Shown here: positions 22,604-35,688 of the stretch, piece by piece
Layout of the letters: every line of letters starts with the position of its first letter
How positions within the stretch are numbered: position 1 is the first letter of the stretch
Assembly (NCBI RefSeq): GCF_006345805.1
Contig: NC_043010.1
Location: 49,724,001-49,788,000, forward strand
Origin: Octopus sinensis
Taxonomy: Eukaryota
DNA length: 64,000 bases
Reading direction: 5' to 3'
The notes under the pieces: model-generated
Told to the model about the DNA's origin: nothing
Seen by the model: the letters and a program-made list of their open reading frames with translations, nothing else
Database searches by the model: none
Program-made: the position numbers and the translations under genes

Positions 22604-22823
22604 CCCTTTAGAATTCAGATTTCTTTGACAGATGTATTGTTTATTTATTTACATTGTTTTGAATTAATCATGGATTATCTTGTAGCTTTGAGATTTCAAT
22701 GGTGTGTTTGTATATTTTTAGAATGACATTGTAGAATATATGTGAGAGGCTGGATCCGGTCAGTTTGAACATAAAATAGATAGAATTTTTTGGCTGGATA
22801 TGGTCATATTAAATGCTAATGGG
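22604..22823 (+). mobile_element. piggyBac-type MITE, family C
   Basis: TTAA|CCCTTTAGAATT ... AATGCTAATGGG|TTAA. Confidence 0.9.
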
Positions 22824-23953
22824 TTAAATTGGTGAAAAATGATTGGTTGAATAAGTGAGTCTCTTGACATAGATTTTCTGTGGTCAGATGCCCTTCCTGA
22901 TGGCAACCCTCACCTCCTGTTTCTAAGTAAGGTAATATTTCCTCATGGTCAGACATGCTTTTGCAGAATATTATTGGAAATGAACGACGTTAACTTATAT
23001 GATAGTGACAATCATTTACAGTTATCACACGATTTCAAGACGAGGAAGCACAAATACCTGTGCACGCGTGCAACTGGCTTTTAGTTTCTGTCTACCAAAT
23101 CCCCTCACAGGGCTTTGGTTGGCCTTTGGCTATAGTAGAAGACACTTGTACAAGGTGTCACACAATAGGACTGAACTCAGAACCATATGGTTAGGAAACC
23201 AACTTCTTACCTTGCAACCACACCTGTGCCTATGTTTAGTAAAAGAGAAAAAATAGAAAATTTTGTACAGTAAAGGTGCTGGACTCTTAACTACTTGATC
23301 ATATGATCAACTTTGCTAGAGCTGTTGTGTTATTTTCATGAGCGTAATCTATCAAAAGAGAACTGGTTCTTCTACTTCATTGTTAGGTGTCTTCCTTCCA
23401 TCTACTATACCCTGTTCCCTAAAAGACATTTTCACATGCTATCATTAAAAACAATAAAGTTAATAGGCAAAGAATTACATTTCATGATCCAATATCCACA
23501 TAACCTAGCAACTACACATCCAGCTATTTGCAAAACCTTCAAAAAAAAAACAAAAAAAAAGGGGAAAAGCGTGAGGAAAGTAGCTGATTATACCAATCCT
23601 GGTACTTTATTTTATTGTCCTTGGAAGAACAAAAGCAAATTTAACCTCAGTGCAACTTGAACTCAGAACATAAAGAGCTACAGTAAATACTGCAAAGCAT
23701 TTTTTCCCAGAGCCCTACCAACTCCAACTTCTGAACAGCTGTACTGTATCAGGATTTCTCCCTTCTGGTTAACACAGACATCATCGTATATGTAGTCTAA
23801 ACTCTCTGCAATAACAATTTATTTTACTAAAGTATACATTATATTCCAATCCCCTAACACATTTCAGGGAATAAATAACACCAAATAGTTGCCAAATTCA
23901 TTTGCATATCTTTACTTTGAACTCTTGTTTGTACGGGTGGCGCTTAATATTAA

Positions 23954-24176
23954 CCCCTTTGTAACCATAGTTCTGTTGAGATGATCTGTGTTTCTTTCAA
24001 TTAATTGTAAATCTTACAGAGAATTTAGTAAAATAACGTCGTTATCGTTAAGCTAGTGTTTAGGAACATAAATTGTGACTAAGGTTTGGTGGAAGAATTT
24101 AATTCAGAACTTTTGAAGACAAGACATTTGAATTATAGCGCCAGAGGGGGTTTCAGGCAGGTTGGTATCAAAAGGG
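23954..24176 (+). mobile_element. piggyBac-type MITE, second family (CCCYTTTGT[A/T]AC...ATCAAAAGGG)
   Basis: TTAA at 23950-23953 and 24177-24180. Homologues lie at about 44041, 50573, 50636, 52775, 53652 and 57517. Confidence 0.9.
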
Positions 24177-24961
24177 TTAATGCAGCTGGTGAACCAATGA
24201 TTGGTCCAGAAGAGTCCTTTTCTGAATTTAAATGTTCAGCCTGTCAATTGTTTATGAATATATATCTTTCATCTTTAGCTTGCTTCATTCATTTGACTGA
24301 GGCCTTGTTGGGGCACCACCTTGACAGGCTTAGTTGAACAAATTGATCCTAGTAGTCTGGTACTTATACTATTGGTCTCTTGTTGAATCCCCTAATTTAC
24401 AGGTTTGTAAACAAACCAAACACACTCATACACACACGTATATTAATTTAAAGTATCATCATCATTTAACTTCTTGTCTTCCATATGACAAGCTTCCACA
24501 CAATCTCCATCTACCAAATGCATTCATAAGACATTAGTTGGCTCCAGGGCCACAGTAGAAGACACTTGGTGATGCTCAGTGGAACTCAGCTTGAAACCAC
24601 GTGGTTGCAAAAGCAATCTTCTTAACCACACAGCAATACTTGTGTCTATAAGTTATGGTGGCTATGGGAGTTGAAGAAAAAAGCTTAACTGCCATACTGC
24701 ACCTTAACATACCTGATAGCATTTAGCATGATTTTAGACCAGGTTAATGCATATTATATTCCGGATGCCTAATCATACCTTGTTCCCTGATGTTTGACCA
24801 ACTTCTCACATGCTAATGCTCAACACAAACAGAAATGGATAATCAACAATTTAGCTGACCATAAGGTCCCTAGTGACACACCACTATATGGCAGGCATAT
24901 GAATGGAGCCAGAATCTGAGAACTAGTCTAGTTGATTATTGACTTTCAACCAATGTACTTC

Positions 24962-24995
<34 letters not shown>

Positions 24996-26147
24996 GTAAT
25001 AATTGATTTTTATATCCTGTTTTATTTTTGTGTGTTTTTTTCTTCTTTTCCTTCCTTTACTTTTATTTTTAACATGTTGCTACAATTAAACCTTAGAAAG
25101 ATGATTATAAAACAGTGAATATGTAATGAGAAATCAGTGTAGCAGTTAAGCTTATTGATTTCTGCATTAAATCCGTATGTTGACAGGATGCACTATTGAA
25201 GAGAGACTGTTTTAAAAAGGAAATCTTGGTGAATGTTAACGACTCCTCCTCTATCATGTAAAATGAGATTTAACACAGAAATTACATTTCAAGGCTGGTG
25301 CAAAAGCAGTTTCAGATGAGCACAAAGTAAGGAATAAGATGAAGAATGGGACAAGCGAGGGTTAGGATAACAGTAATAGTTTTCACTGTTGGGTAACTTT
25401 ATATTGATTTATTCGAGGTGCTTACCCGTTAGAATATTAGCTTTTCCTTGCAGATATTGTTTAAAATGCATTGCAAGTTGGTGCTAAGTCATTTTTTTCG
25501 TATGCAGTTGAATGCGGGGAAACCATGAGTATTTGATTACATTGGCACTCAGAGAAATGGTATAAACGTGGGTTTATGTGTTATGTACACACATCTATAT
25601 TTGAACGCTTGCCTATTAATAAAACAAAAAGCCACACATTAGCATGTATTTGCACAGACATTGCTGTGGGATGAGAAGTTTGCCTCTCAACCACATGGTT
25701 TCAGTTTCAGTCTGAGTGCATGACACCTTGGGCAAATGTCTTCTATTACAGACCCAGGTATATCTTTGCAAGTGGCTTTGGTAAATGGAAACTGAAGGAA
25801 GCCCTTTGTGTGTGTTTTTGTGTTTCCTTGCCATGACATCACATGACAATTGTAAGTGATTGTTGTTGCAAGTTCTACCCATTGTTCCCAATCTTCCAAG
25901 ACATGTCTGGTTTTGAGGAAATATAACTTTACTTGGAAACAAATGAGGGTTGGCAACTGGAAGGGCATCCTACCATAGAAAATCTACCTCAACAAATTCC
26001 ATACGACCTCACCAGTAGGGGATGCAGTATTATTGGTTAGTCGCGAAATTGTGATTGACCTGCTAATTGATAACTGATGAGGAGTTGGCAACCATCTGTA
26101 TCTATTTCCCTTTTGTTTGTGCAATTATTATGTTTCTAACTTATATA

Positions 26148-26446
26148 TCACCGTGATCACCATGACCGACCAGGCTATCAGATGTTGCTACACATCGCTG
26201 GTCACAATGCGCTTTGCATTGTTTTAGCCTTCAAATGACGCCACCCCGCTGGCTAAGCGAGCAGGCCAACAGGAGAAAGTTGTGGCAGAAGAGTACAGCA
26301 GGGATTCCCCCCCCCCTGCTGGAGCCTTGTGGAGCTTTGGGTGTTTTCGCTCAACAAAAACACAAAACACCCAGTCTGGGAATCGAATCTGCAATCCTAT
26401 GACCACAAGTCCGCTGCCCTAACCACTGGACTATTGCGCCTCCACA
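26148..26446 (-). mobile_element. tRNA-headed SINE, family C
   Basis: The minus strand starts GTGGAGGCGCAATAGTCCAGTGGTTAGGGCAGCGGAC...GATTCGATTCCC. A decayed homologue lies at about 33280-33530 inside a family A SINE. Confidence 0.85.
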
Positions 26447-26471
26447 ACTTATATATATATATATATATATA

Positions 26472-26590
26472 ACGGGAAGCTTTATGAAAATAGACAAAAG
26501 TCGAAGGCAGGTGGGAAACAAACAAACAATTGTATTAGTATGGCGCTCAGGAAATATAAATAAAACAAGTCTTTAACGTTTCGAGCCTAT
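26472..26590 (-). mobile_element. Penelope pLTR-like fragment
   Basis: The minus strand TAGGCTCGAAACGTTAAAGAC is the 3' half of a minimal hammerhead. It is flanked by (TA)n, and a related decayed copy lies at about 42545-42660. Confidence 0.6.
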
Positions 26591-26918
26591 ATATATACAC
26601 ACTATTAATGCACTGCTGGAAACTTCATGTAATGTCAATCAAACACAATTATGCTCGAGTACATTCCTTTTGCATTTTCAATGTCCATGAAGGTAATTTA
26701 AACTAAGCAGTTAGCTGCAAATATTTAACATTTATAGACAATGCACATGTCTGTATAACTGGCTCATAGAGGTGGGTTTAAATGTAACCTTCAACCTTCT
26801 TGTCTGTATGCAAGAGGTAATAGAAAGAGGTTTAGGAGGGAAATTAAAACTGGTATTATCATATACCTTGGCCCCTAATCATCAGCAAGTAATAAATCAG
26901 CTAACTTTACTGGCTTAA

Positions 26919-27139
26919 CCCTTTAGCATTCAGATTACTCTCTCAAATGTAATGCTTATTTATTTGCATTGTTTTGAATTAATCGTGCACTATCATCATA
27001 GCTTTGAGATTTCAGTGATGTGATTGTTAATTTTTACAATGACATTGTAGAGTAGGTGTGAAAGGCTAGATCTGGTTGGTTTAACAATAAAACAGGGAGA
27101 ATATTTAGGTTGGATATGGCCAGTTTAAAAGCTAAAGTG
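26919..27139 (+). mobile_element. piggyBac-type MITE, family C
   Basis: TTAA flanks at 26915-26918 and 27140-27143, with TIRs. Confidence 0.9.
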
Positions 27140-27818
27140 TTAAGGTGCTACTGCTAAATTGGGATTCCTCTTGTAGTGTGATATTGGCTGACCATATTAT
27201 AGAATTTGTGAGTTCTTGATTGGGACACTGCTATGATAAATGAATAACACAAGCCTTGTAGTTTGTTTCCCTTTTGCCAAAATTTTAAGTTTGTATAAAT
27301 GAGATATCTTCACTGCTTGACTCTATCTCTCTCTCTCTCATGCACACATAAATGATGTTGGACTAGGATTTTGTTGATGCTAGGCAATGTTGTTCCACTT
27401 TCATGTGATAATTAATGTTGAGTCTCTGTCAAAGCTTTCCAGACCTCATAGTATAAGATCGCCTTCTGCATACAAGCTTTGATACACCTACTACAGCAGC
27501 TCTATACTTCACATCTAATTGACTGGATACCTGTTTGATCTATCAGGTCTGACTGACTTGGGGCTAAACAGTGACAACCTTCAAATAAATACGATATGTT
27601 TTTGAAGGATGTATCTTTCTTCAAAGCTAAGCAGGATGAACGTGTTGCTTTGACTACACAATGGCCATTGCATATATGCAGTTACTTTCCAATAAGTGTA
27701 CTTGAATATAGCTATAAATACATTAAAACATATTGAGCTGAGTCAACAATAACTCCTGTTTCTGTTTTCCAATGTTATATTCATATAAAGAACAAAAACA
27801 AGCTATTTACCACTTAAC

Positions 27819-27864
<46 letters not shown>

Positions 27865-28451
27865 GGTTGTCAGGTTGTCATTCCACCTGTCTCTCTCTAC
27901 CCCCCTTTCTCTCTCTCTCTCTCTCTCTTTCATACACACACTGCACACAGCTTATATTCCATTGATTAGTTTGTTTCACCAATCTTTTTTCCCTCTTGAA
28001 TGTAATTTATTTTTCCACAAGGTGAGAAATTATTTGATGGAAAGTAATGAAAAAAAAAAATTCGGATTTTCACATCTAAGAGAATCACACCAAGCCCACA
28101 AGTTAGTTTTTATGTGATTGCTTGCTTGACCTACCAGAAATAGCAGCCAACTCTCATTCAAATCGTACCCTGCCATCCTAAAAAAAGCGGGAAGGAATCA
28201 GGCGATATAGTTCTTTTTCTTTCGAAATTATGGGATGGTCACAGTTTGAATGTCTATTTCAAGGAATGAACAACAATCCCACTAGTTTGTGAATGCTGAA
28301 TGGAAGGTCTAAAACCATCGTTCCCAATCTCTGCCAAGAACCCCTTTTATTTAAACTAGTGGGCCTCAACAATCTTTTGCCAGCAGAGTAAAATAGGAAA
28401 CCCTTGGATTCCTATTTTACTCTGCTGGAACTCCATAGCCACTCAGTGTAT

Positions 28452-28806
28452 ATATGAGGGTGAGTCAAAAAGTAATACCATTTTATTTATGATGGGTATA
28501 ATTACCAACACAGGAGCATGTATCATACATCAAAATGAAGTTGGTCCTCTGTGGATCACATCTCTACTTCTCAACATAGTCACCGTTTCTCTCAATAGCA
28601 ACGTTCCACCTTCGAATGAGAGCATGTATCCCCCTCCCCCATAAAATTTTGTTGACTGTTCTTTGAGCCACTTCTTCACTACAGTTTTCACATCCTCGTC
28701 ACTGGACTATCATCTCTTCGGCCCTGTGAAAGAGGGTTTGAGAAGCAAACATTATTCCAGTGATGAGGAAGTGAAAGCTGTAGTGAAGATGTGGCTCAAA
28801 AAACAG
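28452..28806. mobile_element. Fold-back mariner derivative (two head-to-head transposase 3' ends)
   Basis: TIR TATGAGGGTGAGTCAAAAAGT. The minus strand encodes SSDEDVKTVVKKWLKEQ..IHALIRRWNVAIERNGDYVEK*; the plus strand encodes DYHLFGPVKEGLRSKHYSSDEEVKAVVKMWLKKQ. Confidence 0.85.
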
Positions 28807-28962
28807 GCACAGGAGTGGCTCTGTGGTAAGAATCTTGCTTCCCAACCACATGGTTCTGGGTTCTGTCACACTGTGTGGCACCTTCAGCAAGTGTCTTCTA
28901 TTGTAATCTCAAGCAAAGCCTTGTGAGTGGATTTGGTAGACAGAAACTGAAAGAAGCCTGTC

Positions 28963-28996
<34 letters not shown>

Positions 28997-29212
28997 ATAC
29001 ATATGTGTGTCTTAGTTTATTCCACTCATCACCACTTGAAAACTGGTGTTGGTGTGTATACGTCTCTGTAACTTAGTGGTTCAGCAAATAAAGACTGATA
29101 GAATAAGTACCAGGCTTAAAAAATAAGTACTGGGGTCGATTCATTCGACTAAAAGTTCAAGCTGATGCCCGAGCATACCTGCAATCTAATGACTGAAACA
29201 GGTAAAAGATAA
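28807..29212 (+). mobile_element. Family A SINE abutting the mariner fold-back
   Basis: GCACAGGAGTGGCTCTGTGG head through GAAACAGGTAAAAG tail. Confidence 0.9.
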
Positions 29213-32075
29213 AAAAGAAAATAAATAGTTATTCTTATTTATAACTCAATTATAATTTTTACAAATTTCTCATTCATTGCATTTTTTTATCTAATCATTT
29301 CATCTCTTGCCCCCGCCCTCAAGTTTATAGCAATCTCCAAATAGGGATAAAACAGTTAATCCTGATATTTCTGTCTTCCAGTTTCTCAGTCATGGTATTT
29401 TTCTGATACCAATGTGCATGCTGCGTGTATATGTGTGTTTTGCTTATCATTAAGAAGAATAAAAACTATAATCTCGTATAAAATTTCCGTAGTAGTTTGT
29501 CAAAAAAATGACAACTAGGAGGAGACAAAAGTTTTTTTAGTTAATTATTTTTTTTAATGAAATGTTCGAAATGTCCCCCCCCCACCACCACCACCACACT
29601 AAAAACTTCAATAAACGTAAGAACAAAGTAAATTCTCAGCTGTCAGCTCTGACCTAAAGTTCAACAATATCTTATTAAATAAGTCAATATCACCACCTGA
29701 TCTTTATGATTGCTACATTATTAAATTCTTTATAACATAGGTATTTCTCGCACGCACACACTTGTATATAAATAAAGGTGGATGAATCTATATATATATA
29801 AACTTACACACACATGCGTGTGACTGTGTATGTTTATGATATATATATATATATATATATGTGCTGTTTTTTTATTGTGATGGTGATGGTGCATTTTGCC
29901 TACTTTATTCACATCATAAAACAGGGAATGGCCTTTTGTTAGCAGTTGCTGTCCTAAATTCACTTCTTTATTGGATGGAAGTCATGACGGGGTCTCCTGC
30001 ATTCCATTGTCAACGCTGTCTTGCTGATATCACGAACAAATGATGTTTTATTTATTTGATTATTTTAGCTTTCTATTGATATAAAAAATAAAAATAAAAA
30101 ACAAAATATATTCTAGGTGCTGTTATTGGAAAGGAGATTGCTTGTATTGATTATCAAGTAAAGAATGTGTCTGTTACATGTGACAGTTATTTTATTTTAT
30201 TTTTTTTTATTACACTCTTGTTGGTGTGTGTACAGAAAGACAGACAGTTTTAGTTGTTGGACAGGTAGGAATTGACTTTAAGAGTGGGCAGCAGTATGTG
30301 AAAATTTTGTATACTTTTCCCTGAACTTCTAAGTCTGGAAGGGAATTAGACAAGAAGATATAATTAGAGTGACTTCATCAACCCAACTGTGAGTCACTTT
30401 TTAGTCAAATACCCTGACTTTTACACACACATGCGCACAAACACACACATACACACATATACTTATTTATGTATGTTCCCCTCAACGACCACTTAAACAA
30501 GAAAAAAAAACATTCATTTTATATATATTTACCTTTCCTCTGAAGGACTTTTAAGTGGTTATGACTAGTTGCTGTCTTCCTGAAAGTTTCTTAAATAGTT
30601 CTAAGAACAACTACTTGACATTTTAGTAATTTATGACAAGAAAATATTTAGTTGAATAAATAAATAAATAAAAGTTATAGATGTGTTTTTTTTCAAAATG
30701 GCCAGGTCAGTGTAGCTGGGTGTGGAAAATCTTCAATTCGAAAATGGTAAAAAGAGAAGCAAGAGATGTTATATACTTGGCTAGACAATTTGACCTTAGA
30801 CAAGAAATATTGCATTTTTCTGTCTGTTCAACGCTGATTTTTTTTATTCTTTCCTTGTTTCACTCATTGGACTGTGGCCATGCTGGGGCACTTCTTTGGA
30901 GGATTTTGTTGAATAAATCACCTCATGAGTTACTTTTTTTAAAGCTTGGTACTTAATCTTTTGCTCTCTTTTTGCTGAACTGCTAAGTTATGGGGACATA
31001 AACAAACCAACACTTGTCAAATGGTGATTAGGGACAAACACAAAGACACATGCACATACATAAATATACAAAGGGCAAACACAAAGACACATGCACATAC
31101 ATAAATATACAAAGGGCTTCTTTCAGTTTCCACCTAATAAATCCACTCGCAAGGCTTTGTTCAATCTGCAGTTATAGTAAAAGACACCCAAGGTGCTGCA
31201 TAGTGGGACTGAACCCATGTAGTCTAGAAGCAAACTTCTTTCCACACAGCTACATTTGTGCTTGATAGAAATTTAAAAAAAAGAAAATTTTAAATATGTA
31301 ATTGCATCTATTATTGTATTAAAAGAAAAGTCACCAAATTTTAGAAATGACTATTTTTACTATTCATAAAAGTATGTAAATTGACTGAAAACTTCCTTTT
31401 ACAAACAATTACAGAAATTATGAAAATCATTTTAAAAACGAAAAGTTAAAATAATTTCTTTTGAATTTTAACTATTTATTTATTTATTTTAAATTAATTT
31501 TTATCACTCACTTTAACCTGAATTTGTTGTTCTTGATCTCATAGTTTCTGTAGTTACACACATTCCTCTGTAGATAATTCAGTTCCTTTGTACTCTAACT
31601 TATCTAAGTGTTTAAAATCAACTATTGGGAAAGCTGCCAGTCTCTAATCCATTATCTCACTGTGGCTAGAGTTGTTGCTTTTTATAGACTGATGAATGCC
31701 TATTAGCTGAGATTATATTATTTCAATTGCATTATGCTTGGTTATTTGTTGTTTTATACACAAAAGATAGGGAGAAGCAATTAGCAGTGTTTTTGTTTTA
31801 AGTTATAAATACTACTTAGATTCAGATTTAACTTCATAATTTCCTATTTATTTACCCACTTCTTGTTGTATATCTTTAGAACCATTCTCTCTGAGAGGAA
31901 GCTGACGATGATAAAATCAATGGTTTGAACTGTATGAATTTGAGCTGTCTTTCATTTTGCAGTTTAGGCTTCATGTCTGCTAAGTTTTTCAGCCTTTTGT
32001 CTCCTCTTCTATTTGATTATATTTGTTTTAGCATTAAGATGAATGTTCAATGACAAATGTGTGGGTGTGTGGTTG

Positions 32076-32141
32076 GATATATATATATGTATGTATGTGT
32101 GTGTATATATATATATATATGTATGTATGTATGTGTGTGTG

Positions 32142-32218
<77 letters not shown>

Positions 32219-32332
32219 GTATGTATGTGTGTGTGTGTATATATATGTATGTATGTGTGTGTGTGTATATATATGTATGTATGTGTGTGTGTGTATATAT
32301 ATGTATGTATGTGTGTGTGTATATATATATAT

Positions 32333-32364
<32 letters not shown>

Positions 32365-32439
32365 TGTATGTGTATATATATATATGTGTATATATGTGTG
32401 TGTGTGTACACATTCATCTGTATCAATCTCTCTCTCTCT

Positions 32440-32480
<41 letters not shown>
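32076..32480. repeat. Compound (TA)/(TG)/(TATG) microsatellite
   Basis: Direct inspection. It explains the YVCM/HTHI-rich ORFs at 32009-32559. Confidence 0.98.
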
Positions 32481-34392
32481 CACATGCACACATTACATGC
32501 TTATATGTATATATATTTTTTGAGTGTATATAAATATATACATATATAAACAAAAGCATGTTAACTTAAAGTGAACCTGTTTCGGATATACATCAATAAG
32601 TCAACTCTTTCTGCAATTCTGGTCTGTCCAGAGCGTGTCATATTCTGATCAGTTGATATGAATTCATCACGTGATTTTTTCATTTAGACATTTGTTAAGT
32701 TGAAATGGTGGTTTCGTTCTTAGATGGATGGCAAATCCTTTTCATTTATTTGTGAATTATTATGTTTTTGGGTGGCTGGAAGGATATAATTAATTGAATT
32801 GCTACGAGTATATTACTTAGTAGTCAATATTTTATAGATCTGAAAGGAATGCAAACGCAAAGGTCCTCCCCTGGCAGGATTTCAATTCAGCAACTTTAGG
32901 CGCCAAACTATATACAGGAAAGCCTCTAATCCCACTTTCTAATTTTTGTATGGACCCTACTACTCTTTTACTCATGAAAGATTATTTTGTATCATTAATT
33001 TACACATGCTAGCATAGTAACAGAAGTGTTTGTCTTCCTGTTCTAACTAGGATTTAATTAAGTACTGACTTGCAGATTGACATAGACTTAGAATATTGGG
33101 TGATATTATTTATATATCTATCATGATTTGTGGCTGTGTGGTAAGAAGTTTTCTTCCCAACTACATAGTTTCGGGTTCAGTACTAATGTGAGTATCTTCT
33201 ATTACTACAGCCTTAGGCTGACCAAATCCTTCTGAGTGGAATTATGTGACAGAAACTGAAAGAAGTCGTATGTACACATGATCACATGGCTGATTTGACT
33301 ATCAGATGTTGTTACACATTGCTGGTCATGGTGCGCTTTGCATCATTTTAGCTTTTGAATGATGCCCCCATTCTGATTAGGCCAACATTACCCCTTGATC
33401 GAGAGGGAGACTGGAGCAATATGAAGCGTTTTGCTCAAGAACACAATGCACCACCTGATTTGGAAATCAGACTCACGATCTTGTGACCTTAAGCGCAGTA
33501 GCTTAACCACTAGGCCACATGCCTTCATTGTCACATATATGTGTGTGTGTGTGTGTGTCTTTATGTTTGTCCCCCAACACTTGCTTTTAGATTGCTTTAA
33601 CTTATAGGTTTTTCACGAGAGACTAACAGATTAAGTACCAGGCTTTAAAGAAAAATAACTGCGTTTGATTCATTTAGTCTAAAACCCTTCAAAGAGGTGC
33701 CCCAGCATGGCCACAGTCCAATGACTGAAACAAGTGAGGAAAAAAAAAAAAGATCCATTATTAGATTGATCTATATTCCTATTTAGCTGCATTAGTTGAG
33801 ATTTTGAGGATATAAACATAAATCAGACATAATTGATTTTGTAATTTATTACTTTTGAATCTTAGTAATCAACAGCCATTTCATTTTTTTTTGTTTGTTT
33901 CCATACAGTTTTCGTCTTCTAAACAGAAGTACATAATAGTACATAATATTGGATAATATATATATATATATATATATGTATTTGTATGTGTGTGCTTTTG
34001 TGTCTGCGTTTGTCCCTACCCAGTGCTTGACAACCGATGTTGGTATGTTTACATCCCCATAGCTTAGTAGTTCAGCACCAGAGACCAATAGAATAAGTAA
34101 CAAGCTTTAAAAAAATTTTTGTTTAACTAAAATACCCTTCAAGGCAAGTGCCCCAGCATGGCTGCAATCAAATAACTGAAACAAGTAAAAGAATGAAATG
34201 AAGTATATGGGTAGGTAGCAAAAGTACAAAGTAGGTGTGGGTGGTGGTGGGGGTGAAGGTATGACAATGGGGAGGACATTGTAAGAAGGGACCAGAAGAA
34301 AGAGTGTCCACGAGACCCTTTCCTTTATTCTAGGGACTTAGGGTAGCTTGGAGATAAAGAAAATATTGTTAATGTTTAATTTGTATTGTTAG

Positions 34393-34452
34393 AAATTTAA
34401 TAGCTGAAGGGAACATCGTGAGGAATATCAAATTATGCAGCTTAATGATCGG
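34393..34452 (+). other. Candidate small exon with strong donor (possible ATG CAG CTT AAT GAT CGG|GTAAGT, MQLNDR, phase 0)
   Basis: Acceptor TTGTATTGTTAG or AATTTAATAG. The exit phase is compatible with the 44997 exon. Confidence 0.3.
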
Positions 34453-34700
34453 GTAAGTGCTTAATACTAGGTGGAGAGAAATAAGATAGGAGGATAAGAG
34501 TGATGAGAGGAGTACATGCAAGTGGATTAAATGGGATTACGCAAGCGTAACATTTATTCGATTCAAAAGAGCAGAAGCCATTCATTGTACTGGTAGAATA
34601 AGAAACAAAGTGGCTGCAGTTTAGTGGTGAACTTGTAGTAAGAGTGATTTGTAACTGTCTGCAAATACTGTAACCAGCTTCTTCATGGTTGTATATATTA

Positions 34701-34932
34701 CTCTTTACTCTTTTACTTGTTTCAGTCAGTTGACTGCGGCCATGCTGGAGCACCGCCTTTAGTCAAGCAACTCGACCCCGGGACTTATTCTTTGTAAGCC
34801 CAGTACTTATTCTATCGGTCTCTTTTGCTGAACCGCTAGGTGACGGGGACATAAACACACCAGCATCAGTTGTCAAGCAATGCAAGGGGGACAAACACAG
34901 ACACACAAACATACACGCACACACATACACAC

Positions 34933-34984
<52 letters not shown>

Positions 34985-35153
34985 TATATATGACAGGCTT
35001 CTTTCAGTTTCCGCCTACCAAATCCACTCACAAGGCTTTGGTCGGCCCGAGGCTATAGTAGAAGACACTTGCCCAAGGTACCACGCAGTGGGACTGAACC
35101 CGGAACCATGTGGTTGGTAAGCAAGCTACTTACCACACAGCCACTCCTGTGCC
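34701..35153 (-). mobile_element. Full-length family A SINE, young copy
   Basis: Close reverse-complement match to 13767-14165. Confidence 0.95.
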
Positions 35154-35450
35154 TTGGTATTGTGGATACCTACTGCATCATGAATGTGGGAAACACCAAG
35201 AACGCAAGAGTTTTATAATGTTAAGCTAGAAATTTATGCCTGTTAATGTCTACTGGGTGTTGTGTTTTGTTCTTGAGGAATGAGGAAGGCATTTCATTTC
35301 ATGTTGCTCATTGCTCAGTCTACTCTGTTGAAAGTGAGTGTTGGTGCTGACTGACTCCTTCTGCCATCCAGCTGTCACATCTTCAATGTTCTGCTGGGTC
35401 TAGGGTGGTAGGACGAGAGGATGTATATGATTGCTTGCAATTACATAGGT

Positions 35451-35688
35451 TCCTATTTCTTTACTACCCACAAGGAGCTAAACACAGAGAGGACAAACAA
35501 GGACAGACAAATGGATTAAGTCGATTATATCGACCCCAGTGCGTAACTGGTACTTATTTAATCGACCCCCAAAAGGATGAAAGGCAAAGTCGACCTTGGT
35601 GGAATTTGAACTCAGAACGCAGCGGCAGACGAAATACCGCTAAGCATTTCACCTGGCGTGCTAACGTTTATGCCAGCTCGCCGCCTTA
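35451..35688 (-). mobile_element. Full-length family B SINE with 13-bp TSD
   Basis: CAATTACATAGGT at 35438-35450 and 35689-35701. Confidence 0.95.

Noticed and set aside
32009-32559. Six overlapping ORFs of 75-168 aa, the longest in the track
   Set aside because: They are translations of a TA/TG microsatellite that lacks stop codons (YVCM/HTHI repeats).
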